Assembly: GCF_001194135.2 (NCBI RefSeq)
Contig: NC_068985.1
Coordinates: 98,833,046-98,874,808 of the forward strand
Direction: 5' to 3'
DNA: 41,763 nucleotides
Origin: Octopus bimaculoides
Taxonomy: Eukaryota
Positions 23,013-35,211 of this stretch are shown here, in pieces. How positions within the stretch are numbered: position 1 is the first letter of the stretch; each line of letters opens with the position of its first letter. The translations under genes were made by a program, and so were the position numbers. A model generated the notes under the pieces. The model did no database searches. It had not been told where the DNA came from and worked only from the letters and a program-made list of their open reading frames with translations.

Positions 23013-23244
23013 TATTATTTGCTTTGATCATCATGTGATTTTCACAATTTTCTCTGTAAATTCCAAACTCTTCCTGTTGTTTCTCGTCAGGAACTTGTAT
23101 AATTTTCTTGCCAAGTTTGTGGAGAAACTGTCACACGCTACTGATGTACTGTTTTTCTTTTGAGGATGGTTTCTCCTCTTAATCGATTAGAAGATGCTCA
23201 AGAAGAGGTATCACAAGTTACATGCTAGCAACAAAAATAATTAC

Positions 23245-23334
23245 CGGCCATTTCTTCGGCTTGGAACACGAAAGATGTATTGATCGATCTGGGGTGGATG
23301 CACTGAAACGCGATTGCACGAAAGTTTGACGGAT
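23245..23334 (-). CDS. Candidate internal exon (90 nt)
   Basis: ttctgtcattcag|A...CCG|gtaatt. All three minus frames are open across it (phase 0: IRQTFVQSRFSASTPDRSIHLSCSKPKKWP; phase 1: DPSNFRAIAFQCIHPRSINTSFVFQAEEMA), so the frame is unresolved. Confidence 0.25.
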
Positions 23335-23479
23335 CTGAATGACAGAATTGCAGCGTGGCACTAAAACCACAATTCTTCTGTAGTTTTACAACGTGTGCAT
23401 TCTATCAGATTACACGTATTTGCAATATCCTAGCAGTTATTGCCGAACGTTTTGAAAGGAACAACCGACTGGAGACAGT

Positions 23480-23761
23480 GGACTTCAGTGATAGTTGACT
23501 AAAGATGTAGTGAGCCTGCGAAAAACCGATTTTAAGTGACGAAGAGGTAGGTATTTTGAGCCACTGCGAATGACAACTCGTCGTCACAGGTTTTTCTGCC
23601 ATACAAGCAAACTGGAAGCATTCCCTTTTGGGTGAGCTGTTGAGTGAGAATGGATCTTAAACGATACAGAAGAAACAAAGAACTTCACATCCATAGCTCT
23701 GGTAAACAGAAGGTTGAAGTCTTTTGCAAAGACGCTCGTTAAGAGGTTGGCGCTTGTATTT
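23480..23761 (+). pseudogene. Decayed non-LTR retrotransposon (L1/Tx1-like) reverse transcriptase fragment
   Basis: KNFTSIALVNRRLKSFAKTLVKRLALV (23678-23758) aligns by eye to the RT motif NFRPITLLNxxxKILAKVLAxRL. Upstream QTGSIP and CEKPI..EEV segments are also consistent, in broken frames. Confidence 0.6.
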
Positions 23762-23764
23762 AGT

Positions 23765-24563
23765 AGACCTCAGTGCGCAACTGGTACTTTTTTATCGACC
23801 CTGAATAGATGAAAGGCAAAGTCAACCTCGGCGGAATTTGAACTCAGAACATAACCGCAGACGAAATACCTCTAAGCGGAATGCTAACGTTTCTTATTTC
23901 TTTATTGCCCACAAGGGGCTAAACATAGAGGGGGACAAACAAGGACAGACAAAGGGATTAAGTCGATTACATCGACCGCAGTGCGTAACTGGTACTTAAT
24001 TTATCGACCCCCGAAAGGATGAAAGGCAAAGTCGACCGCGGTGGAATTTGAACTCAGACGAAATACCGCTACGCATTTCGCCTGGCGTGCTAACGTATCT
24101 GCTAGCTCGCCGCCTTAGTCGTTAGACATATTCTTTTCTACTCATGGCACAAGGCCCAAAATTTTGGGTCAGGGGACCAGTCGATTAGATGGACCCCAGC
24201 ACGCAACTGGTACTTAATTTATTAACCCCAAAATGATGAAAGGCAAAGTCTACCTCGGCGGAATTTGAACTCAGAACCTAAAGACCGACGTAATATTGTT
24301 AAGCATTTCGCCCGGTGTACTAACGTTTCTTATTTCTTTATTGTCCACAAGGGGCTAAACATAGAGGGGAGAAACAAGGACAGACGAAAGGATTAAGTCG
24401 ATTACATCGACCCCAGTACGTAACTGGTACTTAATTTATCGACCCCGAAAGGATGAAAGGCAAAGTCGACCTCGGCGGAATTTGAACTCAGAACGTAACG
24501 GCAGACGAAATACCGCTAAGCATTTCGCCCGGCGTGCTAACGTTTCTGCCAGCTCGCCGCCTT
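23765..24563 (-). mobile_element. Four head-to-tail family A tRNA-derived SINE monomers (two composite pairs)
   Basis: Repeated AAAGGCAAAGTC..CCTCGGCGGAATTTGAACTCAG (B-box reverse complement) at ~23813, 24023, 24240 and 24457. Heads end ...GCTCGCCGCCTT at 24116 and 24563. Confidence 0.92.
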
Positions 24564-24901
24564 CATTAGCAAGAAATCTTGACATAAAACTGAGCAACGA
24601 CACACATACATTCGTACATACCTACATGCGTACGTACATACATACATATATACATACATGACTACCAAATTGATGTCTAAATTTCAATGAAAGAATCTTG
24701 TACGTGGTTCTTTGTTGGTGATAAATTCAAAAAATATAACCAAAAATACAATCTTATAAACACTAACAAACCTAAAAGCATTCTCATATATAAACCTATA
24801 TACGCTCATGTCTTTTCATATAGACGTAAATAACTATGTATATGGTGATGTGCGTGGGTTAATGCCTTTGTGTGTATACTAATGTCTGCATAGAGATGAT
24901 G

Positions 24902-24902
<1 letters not shown>

Positions 24903-24973
<71 letters not shown>
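24903..24973. repeat. (TATC)n microsatellite
   Basis: Directly visible. Confidence 0.97.
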
Positions 24974-24974
<1 letters not shown>

Positions 24975-25150
24975 CGTATATATGTACGTATATACGTTTG
25001 TGTATATAAAGACATGTATTTATAAATTTGCAAATATATACCTATGTATGTATATAAATATATATATATATAAATATATACATATAGATAGATGCATATA
25101 TATACATATTTGTAGATATATATTTATATGTATGTACACACACACACACA

Positions 25151-25192
<42 letters not shown>

Positions 25193-26429
25193 NNNNNNNN
25201 NNNNNNNNNNNNNNNNNNNNNNNNNNNNNNNNNNNNNNNNNNNNNNNNNNNNNNNNNNNNNNNNNNNNNNNNNNNNNNNNNNNNNNNNNNNNNNNNNNNN
25301 NNNNNNNNNNNNNNNNNNNNNNNNNNNNNNNNNNNNNNNNNNNNNNNNNNNNNNNNNNNNNNNNNNNNNNNNNNNNNNNNNNNNNNNNNNNNNNNNNNNN
25401 NNNNNNNNNNNNNNNNNNNNNNNNNNNNNNNNNNNNNNNNNNNNNNNNNNNNNNNNNNNNNNNNNNNNNNNNNNNNNNNNNNNNNNNNNNNNNNNNNNNN
25501 NNNNNNNNNNNNNNNNNNNNNNNNNNNNNNNNNNNNATATATATGTATGCATATACAAAGTTACATCTATATATTCATATATACATGTACATACATATAT
25601 ATGTAATATATATATATATATATATATTATATACATATTATATACATACATATATATTTGTATGTATGTGTGTGTGTGTGTGTGTGTGTGCGTGTGTGTG
25701 TGAGTGTGTGTGTATGTACATATGTAGAAGCACTCTAAGGGAATCGTGTATACTGTGAACGACATAACTACACAAACGTGCGGTAGCAAAATAAAGTTTT
25801 ACTTTATTTCACTTTGTTTCGGCGAACGCTTATCTCTTCACTAGCTTCGTATAAATTTTTATACTTAGTTCTTCGATTAGACTAAAGGTAACTAGCGCCT
25901 GACATGGCGTATCTTAATAAGGTCATTAATATTCATGTTAGGAAATGGTCGGTATTTTCACAACACACACTATTGGCCTGACGCCGGGAAGATATATTCA
26001 AGAGCAGTTGTGAAAAGAAAGCGATTAGTTAAACCAAGTTTCTTTTGTCAAACGACCATGAATTTGTGTATTCAGTGATAGTCCGGTGTGAATTACCTAA
26101 CCTGAAGTATACACCCTCGCCTTTGGCGCTTTAAATTGAGAAGTTACTTGTTGGACATTTAATTAGTTAGTTACAGAATGGAAATTGAGTGAAGCGTAAT
26201 AGATATGTTTCGCTGTCTATTGCAGACTCGACTTAACGTGTCCGTCTCTTCGTTTACGTCTTTACATTTATTTTCCCCCCTGATTGTCTTTTCGTCTGAT
26301 GGTTTTCCGCTTGTCTGGACGTCTTCTTTCTTCTTCACTGGTGAACCGACACATCTATTCATCCATTCATTCATTCATTCGTTCATTCATTTATTCATTC
26401 ATTCATTCATTCACACGTATTCTTATATA

Positions 26430-26786
26430 TTTTACTTGTTTCAGTTATTAGACTGCGGCCATGCAGGGGCACCGCCTTGGACAATTATTTTTAGGCGAAT
26501 GAATCGACCCCCGGAACCTATTATTTATTTTGCTAAGTCTAGTACTTATTCCGTCGGTCGTCTTTGCTGAACCGTTAAGTTACTGTGGCGTAAACACACC
26601 AACACCTGGTACAAACACACACACATACACACACTCACACATATACGATGGGCTTCTTTCAGTTTCCATTTACCAAATATACTCACAAGGCCTTTGGTCG
26701 ACACGAGACTATAAAAGAAGACACATGCTTAATGTGCCTCGCAGTGGAAGTGAACCTGGAGCCATGTGGTTGGGAAGCAAACTTCT

Positions 26787-26792
<6 letters not shown>
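26430..26792 (-). mobile_element. Family B SINE
   Basis: TTTACTTGTTTCAG...GACTGCGGCCATGC...GCCATGTGGTTGGGAAGCAAACTTCT, colinear with the other copies. Confidence 0.85.
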
Positions 26793-26830
<38 letters not shown>

Positions 26831-26864
26831 TTATACATTCATATGTATGCTTTTATTTTCATAT

Positions 26865-27220
26865 TATTTAACTTGTTTCAGTCATTCGACTGCGACCTTG
26901 CTGGAGCATCACCTTGAAGAGTTGAGTCGAAGAAATCAACCCCAGAATTTATTTATATATTTTAAAAGTCTGGTCCTTATTCCATCCGTTGCTAATGTCA
27001 GACTGCTAAGTTACGAGTAAGTAAACAATCCGACACACACACACACACACACAGACTTATACGTTGGTTTTGCTCACAGTTTCCATTTTCCAAATTCACG
27101 TATAAGCATTGCTCGATCCGGGGTTATAGCAGAAAAGATACATGCTGCCCTGGGTAGCTCGCAGTGGTACTTGAACCTGAGACCATGTAGTTGCGAAGGC
27201 GAACTTAACTTGCACAGCAA
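26865..27220 (-). mobile_element. Family B SINE, decayed
   Basis: AACTTGTTTCAGTCATTCGACTGCG...GAACCTGAGACCATGTAGTTG, colinear with the other copies. Confidence 0.8.
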
Positions 27221-27257
<37 letters not shown>

Positions 27258-27342
27258 GTTTTTTTTCCCCTCCCAAAAAGAAAAGCTCTACATTGTATTT
27301 GTCCCATCTTCGCTGAGCCCTGTGTGGCTAATAAAAGAAATG

Positions 27343-27376
<34 letters not shown>

Positions 27377-28099
27377 CAGACATAAGCATACGTATACACG
27401 CACACACACGCACGCTCTCACACGCACGCGCACACACATTTATGTTAGGAATCAAGAGATGATTCACATTGTTACTCCTCAAAGTTCCACCCCCTGCGTT
27501 CGACGAAGCTATTGTGGATGAGATGAAAGAGATGATTTGAAATGACACCCGTAAGGCCGATTCTCACTGCTTGAGGTCGGTTATCTAATTATTTGTATTG
27601 ATGTAAAGGAAAGCACTCAGATCTGATCCGCGATTGTCAGGAATGGCAATATCATATGATAAGAAAGCCCACATCTTTGATAGATGTATAGAAGACTTGA
27701 GAGGAATTTTCAAGGAATTGCATTTAAATAGCATTATAGCTAGCATTAACCTATAATTATCTAACATTTAAGGCACAACGCTAGGTATTTATACGGGCAA
27801 ATGCTGCTCCAACAGGAAGCCGAACGAGGAAACTATAAATATAGAAATTTCAGATCAGTTCAAATATCTCTCAAAATTATTTGCATTGGTCTTAGTTTGG
27901 ATACTTTCCGTCACTGCGTCGCATATCTAATACCCCCCCCCACACACACACACACAAATATCAGTTTTCCCCGTCGTTAGACGATGTATGAGGATTATGC
28001 AATTTCTTGCTGACCAACCACACAGATGATTCGTTTATGGTGCTCAAATGTCTCTGTTCACATAAGCACACTCCCTTCATCAAATTGACATTACCTGTA

Positions 28100-28210
28100 C
28101 AGGTGCCCAACGTGTCACATGACGAAATAATCGCAGAGCAACAGCTTAGGCGTCGAACTCACTATCTCGCAAGGGTGAGTGCAACAGACTAACCACTGAG
28201 CCATGCGTCA
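28100..28210 (-). mobile_element. Decayed tRNA-derived SINE head
   Basis: Minus GCATGGCTCAGTGGTTAG...GAGTTCGACGCC, with A-box- and B-box-like motifs similar to the family C head. Confidence 0.5.
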
Positions 28211-28241
28211 TCAAGAATATACATATTTTCTTTATTTTATT

Positions 28242-28289
<48 letters not shown>

Positions 28290-28411
28290 NNNNNNNNNNT
28301 AACCAACTTTTGTCTCAGTATATATTTTAATTCATGATTACATACCCATCACTGTACGTAATTCATCTCACTACTTTAGCTTTTGAGTTTTTGTATATTT
28401 ATTTATCCCCC

Positions 28412-28551
28412 CTACAGGGCTTAGATAAACTGAAGGACCGCTGCAATAAGTGTGTGAATCTGAGAGGGGAATATGTTGAATAACAGTATAATTAAATGAT
28501 CCTCCTGTATTTTCTTTTACCCAAAGTCAGGAACTTTTCATTGCCTCTCGT
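28412..28551 (+). mobile_element. Mariner transposon 3' fragment with terminal inverted repeat
   Basis: QGLDKLKDRCNKCVNLRGEYVE* (28415-28483) is the mariner C-terminal G...L..RW.KC....G.YVE motif. AAAGTCAGGAACTTTTCA...CTCGT at 28523-28551 resembles the reverse complement of a mariner TIR (TACGAGGG..TGAAAAGTTCC). Confidence 0.8.
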
Positions 28552-28999
28552 CTAAGAATCTGTTTGTCTATCTGCTTGACATATTTTCAGTCATATTGTT
28601 CTGTACGAGCTACATTAACTGTGCTTTCTGCAATGAAGGAGGACGAAGTCTTGGTTTCCTTGTTTTCGTTTTTTTCTTTTCATTTCATTTTTTTGCGTGA
28701 AGGTTCTTCACGATTTCCTTCTCATTTTTCTTTTCTTATTGCCTAACGCCCTTGTTTTTAAAATATATATGACGCAGAAACAAAGCCCGAAAGACTGGTT
28801 GGCGAGACATGGCGTATTCTATAATTATGCCTAATTAATGTAACATAAAAACATGAAACTATTTGTAGCTCTTTCGTAATGTGCATTAAATTCATTTTTA
28901 TCTCTCACTGGACGGAATATTTTTTTTGATTTTTACCTATATTGGATCTCTTTCTCTCTACCACTACTCCCCTCTCTCTTTCTCTCAATATATATATAA

Positions 29000-29067
29000 T
29001 TAATCGATGCTAGATGTGTCGAAACAATTGTCGTGATTAATAAATTCTTGTATATTCCATCTTCCGT
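29000..29067 (+). mobile_element. Probable PLE terminus fragment with 3' half of a hammerhead (GUGUC-GAAA-C-AAUU-G-UC)
   Basis: TTAATC...GATGTGTC GAAA C AATT G TC GTGATTAATAAA. Stem I arms TTAATC/GATTAA are retained while the CUGANGA segment appears deleted. Homologous to 16551-16607. Confidence 0.45.
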
Positions 29068-29100
29068 CTTTCATTTGACACACACATACACACACACATG

Positions 29101-29131
<31 letters not shown>

Positions 29132-29141
29132 NNNNNNNNNN

Positions 29142-29176
<35 letters not shown>

Positions 29177-29199
29177 GTACACACACAAACACACACACA

Positions 29200-29250
<51 letters not shown>

Positions 29251-29407
29251 GTACACACATACGTTGTATACAAAGCTGTCGTAAAGACATGTATCACACA
29301 TGCAATTGTCATACATTTCTATTCTCAGCTTCCTGTATTTTTCTCTTTTTTTCATTTATACTTTGACTTACTCACATTCATTCACACACTCTCTCTCTCT
29401 TTCTCTC

Positions 29408-29453
<46 letters not shown>

Positions 29454-30121
29454 AATCACATGCACACACACATACACACACAACATATTCATGTGCCTGC
29501 ACACACGCACTCACATGCACGCGCACCATCTCCCCCTCTCTCTCTCTCATTGGTTTTGCATATCTGTTCTTACGTCTCAGCTATTCTTTCTTTTCCTTAC
29601 TATCTCTTCTTTATGTCTGTTGTTTTACTCTTACATGTGTCATTTACGCTCATACACACACACACACATACACATACACACATACACATACATACATATA
29701 TATATGTATATATGTATATAATAAATACATGGGTACGTAATACGTACGTACATAATACACATATGCATATATACAAATGTATATACACAGGCAATATAAA
29801 CCATTTATTTTCCGAACTGATCTATTTAGGGTTTCAGTTTTTATTGATGTTTTTGGTGATATTGGGTGACAGAAGTAGGCTGCAATATTCTAAATGAGAT
29901 TTTAGGAAAATTGGAATAATGTGTTGAGGTGATTTATTCTGTCTTTCCATTGAAATATTTTAAAATCTGGGGACACACATTTTCCCCGCTTCGTGAGTTC
30001 TGCATTCTTCTTCGTACAGTAAGTGTTTTTAAAATTAAAAAAACAATTTCGTAAGCATATCAAAGCTTATAAGAACATGATAGTCGAAAAGAACCGGAGA
30101 TGCCTGTCGTTTCTATACAGA

Positions 30122-30270
30122 AATAGTCGTGTGGTTACGGAAGTTTGTTTGGCAGTCACATAGTTCTGCGTTCGATCGCGCCGTAAAGCACATTACGTTA
30201 CTGTCTTCCAACAAAGAAATCCTGATGACCAGTAAATTGCGAGTGCAGTTTGGAAGGCATTTATTCCGCG
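30122..30270 (+). mobile_element. Family B SINE head, highly decayed
   Basis: GTCGTGTGGTTACGGAAGTTTG...CACATAGTTCTGCGTTCGATC resembles the family B tRNA head in plus orientation. Confidence 0.5.
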
Positions 30271-30364
30271 AACTCTCATACATGCATACATACACACACA
30301 CACACACATGTATAATTATGCATACTTAATACATAGACACACGCTGTCTGTCTGTCTGCCTGTC

Positions 30365-30550
30365 TATTTATTCTTTTACTTGTTTCAGTCAGTTGACTGC
30401 AACCATGCTGGAGCCCCGCTTTAAAGGGTTTTAGTCGAAGAAATCGACCCCAGGACTAATTCTTTGTAAGCCTAATGTTTATGTCCCTGCTAGGTTACGG
30501 GGACATAAATACACCGTCATTAGTCGTCAAGCAACGGCGGGGATGGGAGG
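30365..30550 (-). mobile_element. Family B SINE 3' half
   Basis: TTTTACTTGTTTCAGTCAGTTGACTGC...GAAATCGACCCCAGGAC...GTTACGGGGAC. Confidence 0.8.
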
Positions 30551-30552
30551 AG

Positions 30553-30860
30553 ACATTTTGGGGGAAGGGGCCAGTCAATTAGATCGACCCCAGTCGACGC
30601 AACTAGTACTTAATTTATCGACCTCGGAAGGATGAAAGGCAAAGTCGACTTCGGCGGAATTTGAACTTAGAACGTAAAGACAGACGAAATACTGCTAAGC
30701 ATTTCGCCCGGAATGCTAACGTTTCTGTCAGCTCACCGCTCTGTTTGGGCGAAGGTAATTGCCGATTTAATCGTCTCCAGTAATTACTTGACTTGTACCT
30801 TGGTTTAGAGTCTTAGAAAAGATGAAAGGCAAAGCTAACTTCGGTGGGATTTGAATATGA
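30553..30860 (-). mobile_element. Family A SINE (30553-30741) plus a second decayed fragment (~30745-30860)
   Basis: GATGAAAGGCAAAGTCGACTTCGGCGGAATTTGAAC...GCTAACGTTTCTGTCAGCTCACCGC; second GATGAAAGGCAAAGCTAACTTCGG. Confidence 0.82.
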
Positions 30861-31303
30861 AACAAAGCGACCCCAAAGGGACTCCGAATGCGTCAATAAT
30901 AAGTTACAAAGAATCTACGGTTTTTTAAAAAAAAAACATCAAAACGGGAAAGAATGTTTCCAATCTCAAGCAATTTTATCAACAACGATGTAAAAAATAA
31001 TTTGTTATCCAAACAACAAGAGTACCAGAAGATTTTTAGAGGTAAAAAAAAAAATGGTTAGTGACTGCTTTATTATGGATGAGAATGATCTAAATAAGCA
31101 GAAACGGAAGAACAATAGTGGGAAGAAATAAATAACCTAGAAGCAGTTCAGATAAGTAATGAACTCACTAAACTAGAAAACGCTGAAATTTGATTTTTCA
31201 AACTTAGGTTTAATATAAGTCATGCGTAAATACTCGCAAAAAGTAACTGAAGACTAAATCTAGAAAAACAACTGAATGACTCAACGAGGGAGGCTCATCT
31301 TAA

Positions 31304-31760
31304 CCCTTTTGTTAAAGTATTTCAATTGAAATAGAAGATAGCAAACCGACAGAATTATTAGCACGCCAGGAAAAAAAAATGCTTAGCGGCATTTCGATCG
31401 TCACTACGTTCTGGTTTCAAATGCCACCGGGGTAGACTTTACCTTTTATCGTTTTGGGGTTTATTAAATAAATGCCAGTTGATTACTGGTGTCGATTTAA
31501 TCGGCTTAGTCCTCCCCTGAAACTGCGGGCCTTGTGCCCAAATTTGAAACTAATATTTCTATTGAAATACATTACCTTTATTTAAATTAATTCTTAAAAT
31601 AATGAAGAATTTAATGAAATATGTTTGTCATTATTAAGCTAGTGTTTGGAACAAAAATTAGCAGAAGATTTTCATGGAAGGTTTCAGTTTAGATCACTTT
31701 GAAAGAGAAAGTTTTATTATAGAACTAGGAGCGATCTCAGGTGGAATGTAATTATAAGGG
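31304..31760. mobile_element. Non-autonomous piggyBac-like element (TTAA TSD, CCCTT...AAGGG ends) carrying a nested SINE
   Basis: TTAA|CCCTTTT at 31300-31310 and TAAGGG|TTAA at 31755-31764. The internal SINE insertion is bounded by TATTTC[A/T]ATTGAAATA at 31318-31333 and 31554-31569. Confidence 0.75.
31334..31553 (+). mobile_element. Family A SINE nested in the piggyBac-like MITE
   Basis: TTAGCACGCC...ATGCTTAGCGGCATTTCG...GGCCTTGTGCCC; 16-bp TSD with one mismatch. Confidence 0.82.
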
Positions 31761-31790
31761 TTAACCCAAGGGTCACTATTATATTTACAC

Positions 31791-32017
31791 TGGGCCTCAA
31801 GCAAGCAGAATGGTTAGCACGCCGAGTGAAATGCTTAGCGGTATTTCGTCTGCCGTTACGTTCTGAGTTCAAATGTCGATTTTGCCTTTGATCCTTTTGG
31901 GGGTCGATTAAATAAGTACCAGTTACGCACTGGGGTCGATGTAATCAATTTAATCCCTTTGTCTGTCCGTGTTTGTCCCCTCTGAGTTTAGCCCCCTGTG
32001 GTCAATAAAGAAATAAA
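31791..32017 (+). mobile_element. Family A SINE (young-type tail) with 14-bp TSD
   Basis: Head GGTTAGCACGCCGAG...GAGTTCAAAT; tail ...GTCAATAAAGAAATAAA; TSD TATTATATTTACAC at 31777-31790 and 32018-32031. Confidence 0.88.
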
Positions 32018-32869
32018 TATTATATTTACACACAAATATTTCCATTTTCTCCACTCACCCTCAAACATACTCTCCACTTTTACTTTCATTTGCATATACT
32101 TACAAATTATTCTTTTCTTAATTCCCTCATCACATAACCACTAATAAACGCACTCCTCTCTACCAGAAACCACTTCCATTTCACCATTATTTTCTCTGCT
32201 ATTATAAACACATGCGCGTATTTCTTCACTTCTCTATCATGACAAAAGATAAACTATCCGAAAAGTTGCTATCTCTTATTTCCTNNNNNNNNNNNNNNNN
32301 NNNNNNNNNNNNNNNTACACATACTTAGCAATCAATAAACTAGACAAACTACAAGGTGCACAAAATAAACAAAGAAACAAATTAGGAAGGAATATTATAG
32401 ACACGCAAGATTAATACTTAAAACAAAAGACGAAACAAATGTCAAAAGCACGGTAATATTATTAATACGCAAGCTACCACAACAAAACGTTATAGATATA
32501 ATATTCTCGATTAGAAGCTAAGTGAATTAGTAAGAAAGACATTGCAAAGAAATAAAAAAAATAACAAATGTTCCCTTTATGTTGCTGCTTTTGTTGTTAT
32601 TGTTGTTGTTGCTATTGTGTTTGAATTGTTTTTTTCCTCATGAAAGTTAATGTTTCCAACTCAATCATTTTTTGTGTTCTCTGTTCTAAAAGTGTAAGCG
32701 TTCAAGCTCGGTGCTCCATCAGTATATTTGATGCATCTTTGTTTTTTTTTTTCATCTTTGAAAATATTTTCTAGTTGTGTTTGGTTATGGCACTGTTGCA
32801 ACTATTAGGGAAAGAACCTGTCCTTACCATTCCTGCGGCTACCATCTTGCAACGCGTGGAAATATTGAT

Positions 32870-33548
32870 TTCAAATTTTGGCACGAAGCCAGCAATTTCG
32901 AAGGAGGGAGTAAATCCGACACGCTAATGATTCTACCAGCTCACCGCCTTAAAATGATAATAATAATAATAATCCTTTGTATTATAGGCACAAGCCTGAC
33001 ATTTTTGGGGGAGGCGGCTAGTCGATTACCTTGGCCCCAGTGCTTAACTGGTACTTATTTCATCGACCCGAAAGGATAAAAGGCAAAGTCGACCATGGCG
33101 GAACTGAACTCAGAATGTAAAAACTGACGAAATGCCGCTAAGCATTTTGGTTGAAATGCTAACCATTCTTATTTCTTTATTGTCCACAAGGGGCTAAACC
33201 ATAGAGGGGACAAACAAGGATAGACAAAGGGATTAAGTCGGTTACATCGACCCCAGTGCGTAACTGGTACTTAATTTATCGACCCCGAAAGGATGAAAGG
33301 CAAAGTCGACCTCGGCGGAATTTGAACTCAGAACGTAACGGCAGACGAAATACCGCTAAGCATTTCGCTCGGCGTGCTAACGTTTCTGCCAGCTCGCCGC
33401 CTTAACACGTGAAAATATCACAAATGGTTATTTGCCAGAAACCTTTTTGTTTAGACAAAGGGATTAAGTCNNNNNNNNNNTATGGCAGACGAAATACCGC
33501 TAAGCATTTCGCCCTCCGCGCTAACGGTTCTGCCAGCTCAGCACCTTA

Positions 33549-33615
<67 letters not shown>

Positions 33616-34030
33616 TAGTTTTAGATTTTGGCACAAGGCCAGCAATTTCGTGGATGGGGTTTAGGTTGATTACATTGATCCCAGTAGTCAACTGGTACTT
33701 ATTTTATCGACCCAGAAAGGATGAAAAGTAAAGTCGACCTCGGCTGAATTTGAACTCAGAACGTAAGGACGGACGAAACACTGCTAAGTAATTTGTCCAG
33801 CGTGCTAACGATTATTCTAGTTATTCTGATTTAGGCACAAGGCCAGTACGTTTTCGAGAGGTAAAACAGTCGATTGAATCGATCCCAATAGTGCTCTGGT
33901 ACTTAATTCTATCGACTTCGGAAAGATGAAAAGTGAAGTTGGCTTGAGCTGGATTTGAACCGAGAACATAAAGAGCCGGAGAAAATACCGCAAAGCTTTA
34001 CGTCCAACGTTTCAACGATTTTGCCAACCG
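32870..34030 (-). mobile_element. Cluster of about six family A SINE copies or fragments, all minus
   Basis: Copies at ~32870-32952, 32985-33169, 33170-33403, 33452-33548 (gap), 33618-33815 and 33826-34030. They share GGCACAAGGCC or ...GGGATTAAGTC tails and the GTCGACC...TTTGAACTCAGAAC core. Confidence 0.9.
33550..33613. repeat. (AAT)n microsatellite
   Basis: Directly visible between SINE copies. Confidence 0.97.
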
Positions 34031-35211
34031 TTATAAAGCAGCGGAAGTGGACTCATTACATGAACAAATTGCAAATATTAATAACAGAAAATTTTCTCGT
34101 TCCACAAAAGAAATAATGCACACACTTCAAGTACACAGAAGTGCACTTAGCGGTGCAGAGTGAAAAATTCAACCATATTATCTGTTAACACATTCCTAAG
34201 GAGGTACAATGGATTAATGGATTCCATGTCGAATCTCTGGGCTAAAGAATCGTGACTTCCTCTTCCATTATTGGCTCTATTCTGCTCAATTTAATTCTTC
34301 TCACCTCCTGCTGGCCACTATATAACTGATTTGGTTCGAAGCAGCTAAAAACAAGGAGAAAACTAGCGACGAAACAGCGATTAGTGTTATAGTTTTACAT
34401 TGTTCTCCATCTCTTTCTGTCACGGCTCTCCCGCTTCCTCGATTTCTCTCTTTTCGCTCGCAATCTTTCTGTTCCGTTCACATTAAAACTGAATAACATA
34501 TACGCATGTAAGCTGTGTGTGCGATGCTATCGTACGCTTCGTTTATGTGCGACATTTAAAAATTGATTATGCTGGAATCTGACGTAAACAAGAGTTTATT
34601 GAGTAGTTAACTACTGATAATATTTGTATATTTGATATGAATATATCAGCTACACTATTCAGGGCAAAGGCCAGTGAAACATTTCTGATAATATTGCATT
34701 TAATGTTAGGATAATCGTTAGTTTGTGGTGATAGCAATGTTTCATACATACATACATACATACATACATATAAACATACATCACACACGTACATACATAC
34801 AAACATACTTACACACACACAGACACAGACACAAGCACACATACACAAATATGTGTAAAAGCATATATATATATNNNNNNNNNNNNNNNNNNNNNNNNNN
34901 NNNNNNNNNNNNNNNNNNNNNNNNNNNNNNNNNNNNNNNNNNNNNNNNNNNNNNNNNNNNNNNNNNNNNNNNNNNNNNNNNNNNNNNNNNNNNNNNNNNN
35001 NNNNNNNNNNNNNNNNNNNNNNNNNNNNNNNNNNNNNNNNNNNNNNNNNNNNNNNNNNNNNNNNNNNNNNNNNNNNNNNNNNNNNNNNNNNNNNNNNNNN
35101 NNNNNNNNNNNNNNNNNNNNNNNNNNNNNNNNNNNNNNNNNNNNNNNNNNNNNNNNNNNNNNNNNNNNNNNNNNNNNNNNNNNNNNNNNNNNNNNNNNNN
35201 NNNNNNNNNNN

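Noticed and set aside
23765-24563. CRISPR-like or satellite array
   Set aside because: Units are ~200-nt SINE monomers with Pol III boxes, not short repeats with unique spacers, and the DNA is eukaryotic.
25800-25850. GUGAAGA...UUCGCC-GAAA motif on the minus strand
   Set aside because: Stem II left arm, NUH and stem I are not recoverable.
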